DNA of 63,718 nt from a virus. Its lineage: Duplodnaviria > Caudoviricetes. The stretch lies in the IMG/VR virus record IMGVR_UViG_3300048855_000181, positions 1-63,718 of that record. One strand, 5' to 3'. Of the stretch, positions 8,862-17,600 are shown in pieces (the first letter of the stretch is position 1; each line of letters begins with the position of its first letter). Both the position numbers and the translations under genes were made by a program. The notes beneath the pieces were generated by a model. It made no database searches and was not told where the DNA came from. It worked only from the letters and a program-made list of their open reading frames with translations.

Positions 8862-9371
8862 ATGACTGTTGCAGATAAAACCCTGAATGACTGGCTGCGT
8901 GATGCGCATGCTATGGAAGAACAAGCGCTTACTATGCTCAAGGGACAACAGAGCCGACTCGAAAACTATCCGGAGCTTCGCGAACGCATTAGCCAACATA
9001 TAGCCGAAACCGAACGGCACGCCCAATTGGTTCGAAGTTGTCTGGAACGTCGCAATACTGACACCTCAGGTATGAAGGATGCGGGTGCCAAGCTCACTGC
9101 CTTGGGGCAATCCTTGAGCGGAATATTCGTCAGCGATGAGGTCGTTAAGGGCTCATTGGCGAGCTATACTTTCGAGCATATGGAAATCGCCAGCTATACT
9201 ATGCTTGCTGAGGCAGCTAGCTTTGTCGGAGACACCCAGACCCAACAAGTCTGTGAAGAGATTTTGGCAGAAGAAGAGGCTATGGCGCAATGGCTTGCCG
9301 ATCACGCTGGCGAAGTGACGCGAACATTCCTGGAGCGGGAATCGACTGACGCAGAGACGGCAAAGCGATAG
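8862..9371 (+). CDS. yciE: ferritin-like DUF892 protein (YciE-like)
   Basis: WLRDAHAME.QA..ML..Q..RLENYPEL, DEVVKG, FEHMEIASY; GGAGG RBS. Confidence 0.92.
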   Translation: MTVADKTLNDWLRDAHAMEEQALTMLKGQQSRLENYPELRERISQHIAETERHAQLVRSCLERRNTDTSGMKDAGAKLTALGQSLSGIFVSDEVVKGSLASYTFEHMEIASYTMLAEAASFVGDTQTQQVCEEILAEEEAMAQWLADHAGEVTRTFLERESTDAETAKR

Positions 9372-9418
9372 GCTGCGCCCCACTATCGAGGACAGTGTCG
9401 AAATGTACACGATTGACG

Positions 9419-9525
9419 GGAACTAATGCCTCTAACAAGAGTTGGAGAGCGTTGTCCGGAAGGCATTGATAACCACTTGGCAACAGAGGCTCGGAGGTTT
9501 CATAGGCCGCCGAGCCTCACCACTT
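9419..9525 (+). ncRNA. candidate sRNA unit A (EcfG-type promoter plus two hairpins)
   Basis: GGAAC-N16-AGTT 9419-9443; GAGGCTCGG/CCGAGCCTC stem 9486-9518 followed by ACC. Confidence 0.55.
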
Positions 9526-9560
9526 CTGCAACAGAACTTCGTGCCATATCGTACACAGCC

Positions 9561-9676
9561 GGAACGATAAATTCGCGAGACGATTTAAACTTCGTCGGAG
9601 ACGTAGACATCTCCTGACAGAGGCTCGTCGCAATTAGCCCACCCCTGGTAACTTCTAGCGGCGGGCCTCACCTTTT
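9561..9676 (+). ncRNA. candidate sRNA unit B
   Basis: GGAAC-N16-GATT 9561-9585; GTCGGAGA/TCTCC-T-GAC hairpin; 12-bp stem GAGGCTCGTCGC/GCGGCGGGCCTC 9620-9669, then ACCTTTT. Confidence 0.55.
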
Positions 9677-9741
9677 GTTAACCATACAGGCGCACGCTTT
9701 GGGTGCTGACCATAGTGCCACTGGGTCGGCACCCGGCCTGC
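9662..9741 (+). repeat. ~80-nt direct repeat, copy 1 (copy 2 at 12396-12476)
   Basis: CGGGCCTCACCTTTTGTTAACCATACAGGCGCAC...GTGCTGACCATAGTGCC...GTCGGCACCCGGCCTGC is shared by both copies. Confidence 0.9.
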
Positions 9742-9900
9742 TTTCGTATTGCGTATCCGGCAGTCGGGACATCGCGTTCGCTCACGCCCTCGCAACGTGG
9801 ATGAGCCGGAACGTGGACGCCGACGGGCAAGTCGTTCCGGTGGCATAAGAGCAAGCCGCGGCGCAGAGCCTGATACTTTTGTCCACTGCCGGACTAACGT

Positions 9901-10094
9901 GGAACAAGAACTAAGCGCTCGTGTTTTGTGTCTGCTGATACCCCCGGTTCAGCAGACGGCCTGCCTTAGAAGGTGGCACTTCTTTTTCACGACAGGCCGT
10001 ATATTAGTCCGCCCGCCGGTGCTCGCGTTCTGGCAGGTCGGGCTATAGAGGCTCGTCGCGCTTTTGGCTGACAGCTGCGGCGAGCCTCGCCTTT
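9901..10094 (+). ncRNA. candidate sRNA unit C (four hairpins)
   Basis: GGAAC-N16-TGTT 9901-9925; stems TCTGCTGA/TCAGCAGA, ACGGCCTG/CAGGCCGT, TAGTCCG/CGGGCTA, and GAGGCTCGTCGC/GCGGCGAGCCTC 10048-10088. Confidence 0.55.
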
Positions 10095-10104
10095 GCTGGC
10101 GCAT

Positions 10105-10143
10105 AAACAAAAAAGCCCGCCAACCGGAGATCCGGCGGCGGGC
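10105..10143 (-). terminator. intrinsic terminator ending the late/lysis operon
   Basis: GCCCGCC...GGCGGGC stem followed by a U-tract on the minus strand. Confidence 0.8.
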
Positions 10144-10255
10144 AAATCTATGTCAAATAAGGGTGTAAGGGTTCCTATAGTCGAGACAAGCTTTCTACTC
10201 GGGCAGTGATGAATGATAGCCCCTTTCCCGGCAGCCCTGACCGGCAGGGCGATTG

Positions 10256-10624
10256 CTATCTGTGAAACAGTCTGGATATCCACTCGATCGAGCTGGCAAG
10301 GCTGATGCCTAGTGCCGTACAAGCGATCCCGACGACCCCTAAGCCACCCAGCCCCATCGCGCGCCATTGTTTCACCTGGTCTGTGACTTTTTTGCTGTCC
10401 TTGACCTGATCCGTAATGGCCGCGATGTCTGTCTTAATATCGCCAACCTCGTTGACGATCTCATCCATACGGCGGTGAACAACAGCGCGCTTCTCATCAG
10501 CTTCACGGTTCTCGGCAAAGGCACGCCGTTCCGACGCTTCCATGTCGCGCCGAAGCCCCTGCACTTCTGCAGTGAGCGCACCGATCGACTTGTAGATGTC
10601 ATTCAGACTGAGATCGACCATCAT
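10256..10624 (-). CDS. lysis-module coiled-coil protein with C-terminal TM helix (DUF1515-like)
   Basis: IGAL.AEV..LRRD...SE...R..VH.RMDE, then a TM helix; last gene of the lysis cassette. Confidence 0.7.
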   Translation of the reverse strand: MMVDLSLNDIYKSIGALTAEVQGLRRDMEASERRAFAENREADEKRAVVHRRMDEIVNEVGDIKTDIAAITDQVKDSKKVTDQVKQWRAMGLGGLGVVGIACTALGISLASSIEWISRLFHR

Positions 10625-10944
10625 TGCGCCTTTGCCCAATCGTCAATGAACCGATTGCATCGATCGATCTGTGCGTCGATGAGATCGGCATTGTAGAGCC
10701 AGCGATACTGTATGGAACGGTTCTTGTCCCCAACCTTGGGATTGACGCGAACCATATGCCTTTCGCACTCCGCCGGCTTTTTTGGAGCAACAGGCCGAGC
10801 TGCCAACTGACCTTGGATGGTGGCGGCCGCGAGGACTCGTTCAGTCTGTTTTTGCTCGGTGGTCACGCAACCACTTATCGTCATCAGCAGTCCAAGTGCT
10901 GCCGGGAGCAGTATCGCTGCGAATAGTCTCTTCAAGTTTTTCAT
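10621..10944 (-). CDS. putative o-spanin (Rz1-like lipoprotein)
   Basis: MKNLKRLFAAILLPAALGLLMTISG-C lipobox; overlaps the i-spanin 3' end in another frame. Confidence 0.65.
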   Translation of the reverse strand: MKNLKRLFAAILLPAALGLLMTISGCVTTEQKQTERVLAAATIQGQLAARPVAPKKPAECERHMVRVNPKVGDKNRSIQYRWLYNADLIDAQIDRCNRFIDDWAKAQ

Positions 10945-11284
10945 CTCTAACCTTCTTCGCTGCTGCTGCCACTGCTGCACGCTGTCGTGCCTGGTGCTGA
11001 AGTTGCGCCGCCCTGAGCGTTTCTTGCCTCTCACGGTCAAGCTGTGCCTGAAGGGCGGTCTTTTCGGATAGTTGGACGTATCCGGCCCGAGCTGCTGTCG
11101 CAGCCTTAGCCGCTTCGGTTGCCACCCTGCCCGTTGCAAGCTCGCCAATGACCGGGATGGAACCGATGTAAGGAATGTTCCGCACGAGAGGCACACCCTC
11201 ATAAATGCCAAGCATGAGGAGGAAAGACGCTGCAGCGCCAAGCGCACCATATGCGGCGGCTTTGATGCTTTCGAGGATACCCAT
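10841..11284 (-). CDS. putative i-spanin (Rz-like)
   Basis: N-terminal TM helix plus coiled coil, directly after the endolysin. Confidence 0.65.
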   Translation of the reverse strand: MGILESIKAAAYGALGAAASFLLMLGIYEGVPLVRNIPYIGSIPVIGELATGRVATEAAKAATAARAGYVQLSEKTALQAQLDRERQETLRAAQLQHQARQRAAVAAAAKKVRDEKLEETIRSDTAPGSTWTADDDKWLRDHRAKTD

Positions 11285-11287
11285 CAG

Positions 11288-11926
11288 CTAGAGCCCCGAA
11301 ACGCAGAGTTCAGCTTCGCCAAGGCGCTGCTTGTCACCCATCTCACGACGCAGCACCAGGCCATTGACGATGCGACCGCCAGCCTTGTTGAATGCCGTCT
11401 GCGCTTCGCAGGCTTGACGATATTTGCGGGCAGTGGTGAGCCTAGCCGCGGTCGATCTCTTCGCAGCCGAAACACCGAAGTTGTAGGCACCGGAGAGCAA
11501 CGATGCCTGAACCGATACAGGTGCCTCGACATAGCCTTTCACACCGTCAACCAGCGGAAGGAAATAGTCATTGATGACGCGGACCTTCAACATGGCCAGG
11601 CACTCGGCCGGCGTGAAGCTCATGCCGGCGGTAACAGGTTTGCCGTTGATCCGGGTCTCGCCGTAGCAGATATCCCAGATCTTGGCGAAGCCGTCCCAAT
11701 GGGACTGGAGAACAAGGCTTTCCCACGGAATGATCAGCTTGTTGACCGCCAGATCGACCGCAGGCGGGGTGATACCCTGATCGATCGCCGCATGAACGCT
11801 TGCCGGAGTGATCCGATCAGGGGAGAAAAACGCCAACCAGCCACTGGCAGAAGCGGATAAAATAACTGCGGCGATGGCGGCTTTTGCGCGGCCGCTTGAC
11901 CTGATCTTGTTGATTGGCATCTTCAT
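11288..11926 (-). CDS. endolysin, GH24 phage lysozyme with N-terminal hydrophobic (SAR/signal) segment
   Basis: E...D...WDICYGET catalytic region, SGAYNFG, GLVLRR. Confidence 0.88.
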   Translation of the reverse strand: MKMPINKIRSSGRAKAAIAAVILSASASGWLAFFSPDRITPASVHAAIDQGITPPAVDLAVNKLIIPWESLVLQSHWDGFAKIWDICYGETRINGKPVTAGMSFTPAECLAMLKVRVINDYFLPLVDGVKGYVEAPVSVQASLLSGAYNFGVSAAKRSTAARLTTARKYRQACEAQTAFNKAGGRIVNGLVLRREMGDKQRLGEAELCVSGL

Positions 11927-12146
11927 TACCTTTCAGATTTTCTTGAGCGATGAGGCGAGAAACGTAGGCAGCGGCGACCGCAAAGAGGGTCAGCACGGCA
12001 AAAAGTCGCTGCGGGATTGGAAGAAGGCCGTCGAGCAACGGAAGAGCGACCTCGATGCCGGACAGCAGACCGGCAAGCAGCATCAGGCGCATTGACCACG
12101 CTTTGCGCAGCACAGATCGCCAGTCGTCTATGAAACGCATGGTCAT
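11817..12146 (-). CDS. putative holin
   Basis: MRFIDDWRSVLRKAWSMRL plus two TM helices, upstream of the endolysin; AAGGA RBS. Confidence 0.7.
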   Translation of the reverse strand: MTMRFIDDWRSVLRKAWSMRLMLLAGLLSGIEVALPLLDGLLPIPQRLFAVLTLFAVAAAYVSRLIAQENLKGNEDANQQDQVKRPRKSRHRRSYFIRFCQWLVGVFLP

Positions 12147-12179
12147 TTCCTTGATTATGGATTGGGCGTATAATTGGGG

Positions 12180-12258
12180 TGCTGATCTAAGGATCGTCAG
12201 CAGAGGCTTGGCTGAAGGTAATCTTCCACGAGGCAATGAGGCCAAGCCTCACCGGTTG
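12180..12258 (+). ncRNA. candidate sRNA unit D
   Basis: TGCTGA/TCAGCA hairpin, then GAGGCTTGGCT/GGCCAAGCCTC 12203-12250 plus ACC; promoter unclear. Confidence 0.45.
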
Positions 12259-12278
12259 TTCTGGCAATGGATCAATCA

Positions 12279-12410
12279 GGAACAATATTCCGCTGTCGTG
12301 GTTCGTAGGCCTGTCGGAGAGCGGGAGACCCTCTTCCGCACGAGGCCCGGCGTGTCACCGCCCAAAAATCCCCGCGTCGGGTCTCACCGGTAGATCGGGC
12401 CTCACCTTTT
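12279..12410 (+). ncRNA. candidate sRNA unit E
   Basis: GGAAC-N16-GGTT 12279-12303; GTCGGAGAG hairpin as in unit B; GAGGCCCGGCGTG/CGCGTCGGGTCTC 12342-12385 plus ACC. Confidence 0.55.
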
Positions 12411-12476
12411 GTTAACCATACAGGCGCACCCTTTGAGTGCTGACCATAGTGCCCACTTCGTCGGCACCCGGCCTGC
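12396..12476 (+). repeat. ~80-nt direct repeat, copy 2
   Basis: Matches 9662-9741; differences concentrated in predicted loops. Confidence 0.9.
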
Positions 12477-12687
12477 CCTCGTTGTTGTGCGTATGTGAAC
12501 AGGCAGGTCGGGTACCTTAAAAAGGAGCGTGTCATGCGTAGCGGATTCACTCAATTTACAATCCTTGACTTGTTCACCATCATTTCTGGGATTGCATCGA
12601 TATCGACTCTCTGCTGGTTTTTCGTGTCGTGATACAGCACGCGCGTTGAGCCCCAAATGTGAGCAAGGCGCAGTCTATCGCAACTCC

Positions 12688-12712
12688 GGAACATTCTTTC
12701 CCTACCGCCGTT
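12688..12712 (+). promoter_or_regulatory. sigma-EcfG-type promoter inside the late operon (antisense)
   Basis: GGAAC-N16-CGTT. Confidence 0.75.
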
Positions 12713-12759
12713 AGGCGTCTGAAAAAAAGCTGTCACAACGGAGATAGAGGACAAGCCTA

Positions 12760-12873
12760 GTGAGAATTTTTGCAGTGGTTTCCTGCATACTCCTCATAAT
12801 CTTGACCGCGGCAGCTTACTTCACCGCCGTGACGATATTCGCGGAACCGCCTACAGAGCAGACGCAGCCGTAA
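12760..12873 (+). CDS. small membrane peptide (37 aa) moron
   Basis: GAGGA RBS, GTG start; MRIFAVVSCILLIILTAAAYFTAVTIFAEPPTEQTQP. Confidence 0.5.
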   Translation: MRIFAVVSCILLIILTAAAYFTAVTIFAEPPTEQTQP

Positions 12874-13228
12874 AGAACGCATCTACCTGCTCGACCGTGA
12901 AGCCGAGCCCGGCAAACCCCTGCTGAAGCATCTCGTCATCGCGCCGGAACGTGGCAGACTTGTTGAACGCGATCGGCACGAGAGGATCTTGCTGTGCCAC
13001 CCACGCGCTCACTTGATCGGTAAGTCCCGACAGCGCGAGTTGTAGGAAGAACTGCCTGCTGGAGATCACGGCAGGGATGATAGCCGCAGGTACGAACGGC
13101 ATATTCGCTTCCGCAACCACGCTTTCGAGCGTCTGCCCTTCCCGCCCGACGAACAGACCGTCGGTCGAATGAAGCCATTGGTTTGGCTCACCTTCAACGG
13201 GGCAAAAATCTTCAATTTTGTATGTCAT
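12851..13228 (-). CDS. tail fibre-associated/chaperone-like protein
   Basis: Follows the tail fibre; ISSRQF.LQL...F.R.D.....LG....QVDAFF.AA pattern of fibre-associated proteins. Confidence 0.65.
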   Translation of the reverse strand: MTYKIEDFCPVEGEPNQWLHSTDGLFVGREGQTLESVVAEANMPFVPAAIIPAVISSRQFFLQLALSGLTDQVSAWVAQQDPLVPIAFNKSATFRRDDEMLQQGFAGLGFTVEQVDAFFTAASAL

Positions 13229-13242
13229 TTTTGCTTGTCCCT

Positions 13243-14370
13243 TTAGGTCGCTGGTCGGGTGCGAAGAAAAAGGATGCCATAGGCAACCGTTCCACCCCGC
13301 ACGTTCTGGACCTGGTAACGGCCAAACGACGACTCATAGAAGACGTTTGTGAATCCTGCTTGGTTGGGGGTGCCAGGCGAAAACGAACCGCCGACATTGG
13401 CTATCATTTGCACTTGGCCGCCGCCACAAGCGAAGACCCCGACGCCTCCGTTATTGAAGTCATTGACTATGAGGAGACCCGACCCCACGCTATAAAGAAT
13501 ACCGCCGCCATTCGAGATTGCGACACTTCCGGCCGCGTCGAGCTGATAAACGTTATTGTTGGGTGGGGCCAATCCAAGCCCGCCCGTCATGGCAACCGAG
13601 CCATTAGGATTGATCGGCGTATATCCAAGGGTATTCTGCTTCGTGGCTATAGCCGCCGCTTGCGCTGTCGAAACGGGCTTGCTCGCGTCGCTAGTGTTAT
13701 CGACGTTGCCAAGACCAACATCGGCCTTGACCAAGGATAGAGCCGTCTTCTGTGCCGCCACATTGGCCGCGCCCGCCAAGACACGTCCCGCCGCCGTTAG
13801 ATCAAACAAAGCCGCCGTACTGGCGTCGGTAAAATACACGCCCTTGTTGGCCGCAATCGTCAATGCGAGCATCGAACGCGCCCACGCTTTGAAGTCGACA
13901 AGACCCATCGTTGTATCGTTGACGAAATATGGGATCTTGTCAGCCGCCGCCGTCAGCCCCAGAAACGACCGAGCCCAAGCCTTGAATTCAGCGAGCGCCA
14001 TGACCCCGGCAGCAGTGAAGTATGGCAGCTTATCTGCCGCGCCAGTGAGCGCCTGAAGCGCAGCCAGGCTGCCACTGGAAATCGATGACAGGAGTTCAGT
14101 CAGCGCCGCCATGAAGCGGGAGCCGACCGGCTGATAGCGAATATAATAAGCTGCGCCGGAAAGGTCCGGGCCACGCCAAGGGTCCAAGAGAGTGATGGAT
14201 GTGGTGCTGTTGACGGTGTCGATACGGCAAGGTGGGTAACCGCCGCTCGCAAACATATCGCCTTTGGAAATACTAGCAGCGTTCCAAAACATTCCGCCAG
14301 TCCCGGTCAGCGCCAACGATCCTTCTGTGATCGAGACCGTGCCAGCGACATAGTCTGGTTTGTCCACCAT
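13243..14370 (-). CDS. tail fibre protein
   Basis: N-terminal Y..GTVSI..GS..LTG; three ~31-aa AADKLPYF...WARS repeats; KADVGLGNVDNTSD..KPVSTAQ motif. Confidence 0.85.
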   Translation of the reverse strand: MVDKPDYVAGTVSITEGSLALTGTGGMFWNAASISKGDMFASGGYPPCRIDTVNSTTSITLLDPWRGPDLSGAAYYIRYQPVGSRFMAALTELLSSISSGSLAALQALTGAADKLPYFTAAGVMALAEFKAWARSFLGLTAAADKIPYFVNDTTMGLVDFKAWARSMLALTIAANKGVYFTDASTAALFDLTAAGRVLAGAANVAAQKTALSLVKADVGLGNVDNTSDASKPVSTAQAAAIATKQNTLGYTPINPNGSVAMTGGLGLAPPNNNVYQLDAAGSVAISNGGGILYSVGSGLLIVNDFNNGGVGVFACGGGQVQMIANVGGSFSPGTPNQAGFTNVFYESSFGRYQVQNVRGGTVAYGILFLRTRPAT

Positions 14371-14627
14371 TAGTCCTCCTCCCCCGTCTGTTCTGGGTGC
14401 GGACTGGGCTCTGACTTGAGACCAGACAATTCAGCGGTCAGTTTTTCATTCGCAGCTGTTAGCTCCGCCACCTTTGCTGTCTCCCTGCGGTATGCCGCCC
14501 GCAGGGCCAAGGTCCGCCCTTTCAGGTGTTCCACCAGAGCGATTGCTTCCTCGGCCATGTCGACCGGAAGAATTTTGTTCGTATCAGGCGACATCATTGC
14601 CGCGAGCGCTTCGAGGTCTTTTGACAT
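14370..14627 (-). CDS. hypothetical coiled-coil tail-region protein
   Basis: AAGGAG RBS; coupled to the fibre gene. Confidence 0.7.
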   Translation of the reverse strand: MSKDLEALAAMMSPDTNKILPVDMAEEAIALVEHLKGRTLALRAAYRRETAKVAELTAANEKLTAELSGLKSEPSPHPEQTGEED

Positions 14628-14676
14628 AGGTTCTCCTTCCCGCGATGAGCGGGTTGCATAGGGTTTTCGGGTGAGG

Positions 14677-17600
14677 TCAGCGCTTCCAGAACAATGACCG
14701 CAACGTCACGTTTCTCGTCTGATTAAGGCCTGTTGTTGCACCGGGATTCTGGGTGATACGGAAGGTATTGCTACCGGCTGCGTTACTACCGAAGAAGAAG
14801 AAAGTGTCGATGATCCGGTTGTTTGAGCCACTTCCGAATGGGCCGAAGCTTTTTTGAAAAACAATCGCGCCGGTAGTGAGGTTTTGGACTGTGACGGTTG
14901 GCGAACCCCCGTTCGTGGCGTAATTATAAGTCAGGTCAATCGCCAACTGCATCAGTGAGCGATTGGCGACAGGCATATTGATCGCACGATCAGCAAAGCT
15001 GCCACCCGCTTGAATGTCCGTAGTAGGACCGATGTCGAATGACGACACAGCATCGATGCCGATATTCGAAGTTCCGACGACCAGATTGTTAATCACTGCA
15101 TCATCGATATCTGCCCACGTGACGACCAGATCGACAATATTAGCGGAGCGAACCTTGAGCTGATCGGCATAGAGAACGCCGCCGTCAATCACAAATGCCG
15201 GTATTTTGGCGCCCGCCCCGATCACATAGAAACGACTTGCCAGAACGCCGACTTCACTCAAACCGCCTGCAACGGCGCTGACAAACAATGCCGCCTGCGT
15301 GGTAACCCCAAACTCACTTGCAGCGGCGCTGATCCCGATCGTGACCGATGCCCCGCCAATCGATGCAACGGATTCCACGCGAAGCGAACCCTCTGCGTAG
15401 AAATTGCCGACGCGGGCAGAGACGACATTAACGAGGTTTGCTACCGACTCCAATTCGGTCGAAACAGCAGAGATCGTGCTGACAACCTCGGCGATACTTT
15501 CACCGATCTGCGTATTGACCGTCTCAATGCGAGCTGCATTTGCTTCGGTTTCTGTCGCGACAGTAATGATCTGGCTCTCATATTTGGCGCTGACAGCGCC
15601 GACTTGAGACCGTATCGTGATAATATTCAGAGCCGATTGCGCGCTAAGCTCATTTGCTAGAGCCGCGCTGTGCTCGATCTGATCCTGGGCAAAATGCGAG
15701 CTTTCAGCCTGCCACGCGAGGTGCGCAGTCATACTCGCTTTGACGGCATCGGTCAGTCCATCCGGATAGATGTCGTCAATACCAAGACGGATGTCGAAGG
15801 TCGTAACATCGATCAGGCCAGACCATGTAAAATTCTTTCCGATATTGGAGACGAAAATCCCGCGAACCAGATAATCCGTGTTTGGTGCAAAGACGCCGAC
15901 CAGCTTAGATGAGTATTGCTCATCGAGTGGCGCGTCATACGGTATTTCACCCTCGAACCAGAGAGAGCCAGTGTCCTTCTGATAGACCTCAATACGGATG
16001 CGATCGACACCGTCCTGATCACCGGCATAGAATACCTCGATCGTCGGGCGGCGTGGACCGCTGCCATCATCCAGGGTAGCCGGCAGCGCCTGCCAACCGA
16101 ACATCGGATGAGACGGATTGACGATCGGACCGACCGGGCCGGCCGATGTCGGAACCTGCTCATCCGTCGACCAGTCGTAGTCAGATGGATCGATTTCCTT
16201 CAGCACGGCGAGCTGCAGCATGCCGCGCTCACCATCGATACGAACGATCAGGAATTTCTTGTTCACATAGCCGTTGCGGACAGAGGTCCAAGAAACAACG
16301 TCATTCGGCTCAAGAGGAAACGCATCTGGCGGCAGATAGAACGAATGGATGCGGAATCGCCGGTCTTCCTCGATCAGCAGCTTCATCAAGCGCTGGACCT
16401 GAACCGAGAATGGAACCGCTTCGAAGATTACGCCAGATGCTAGACGCCGGTTGCCATCTTGAGCCTCAAGGTCGAGCGAATAGCGGGCTGGCGCATCCTT
16501 CGTTGCCCACTTCTCCAGTGGCTCCGGATAGGTTGCCTCAATCCCGTTGTACGTTGCGTCGAGACCGGGAAACGGCGTGTAGGTTTGCCCCTTGGTGACG
16601 AGGATGTCACCATCGCTGAAGGAATAGACCGCAGCACCAGGTGCGCCGACAAGCATCTTGAAGATGCCGCCATTTTCCGCGACACGGCCATTGCAAGCCT
16701 TCTTCAGCTTCTCAATGACAGACAGCGGCTCCATATCGCAGGTCACTTCGGTGCCGCAGCGGAACTGCTTTTCGAGACCACCCCCGGCAAGCGGAATCAA
16801 CCGATCGCATTCGTTCGCGGCAGCCATCCAATTCGATGCCGGCAAGCGGAATGCGGGTAGGTTTTGACCGCCATAGACCCATTCATCACCATAATAGACG
16901 CCGCGGGTGATGTTGTAGATCAGAACAACCGGGTTATCAGAAGGCTCCCATGTCGCCGGATTGTCCCAACGGTGCGAGCCAGATCCGCCAACACTCGAGT
17001 CCTTCCGAAGATCATACCAAGCCGATAGCGGTGCTTCGCAGAGATACACCGGCTGTTGTGGGAAGAAGTCTTGGTTAAGCCGAGCCGTTGCAACGAAGTA
17101 GGGGCAGCCCCGGCCGATCATTGTCGACTTATATGGACGGTCCGGATCAGCGCTGAACTTTGCCAACAGAAAGGCTTCGGCCGCAGTCTGGGTGCCGTCG
17201 TAGTATTTGAACCAGAGGTAGTCCTTGCCGTCTTTACGGTATTCTAGGACCGGATGCCCCTGCTCAACCGGAGGCTCACCCCAGAGAACCGTGACTTTCT
17301 GATCGTCAACCCAGAAGACAGGCTGACCAACCGCGGGAATGTTCCCCACTTCGATGACATCAGTCATGAAGGCATTCGGCGTTTTACCGTCCTTGCCCCA
17401 TGCGCCGATATATTTGCGCTTTCCGGCGGTCGCACTTGTCCCGGCGATGAACGACATTGGTTTGTCGTCGCCCATCTGAACATTGAGCTCGACACCCTGC
17501 GTCTGTGTCTGCTCATCAACGCCGAACAGGGCCTGAGAGAGCAGGCTGACGCCATAGGCAATACCGGCGCCGATGACATAAGAGATTGCGGCAGCGAGCA

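Noticed and set aside
9687-9740. Hammerhead ribozyme reading of the three-way junction
   Set aside because: Has CTGACCA rather than CUGANGA and lacks the GAAA core.
9828-9837. GGAAC at ~9808 paired with CGTT at ~9833 as an EcfG promoter
   Set aside because: Spacer is 20 nt; the two words are arms of a hairpin.
9480-12410. CRISPR array or integron attC interpretation of the GAGGC hairpin repeats
   Set aside because: Spacing is irregular, repeats are not identical, and there are no cas genes, integron integrase or attC RYYYAAC/GTTRRRY ends.
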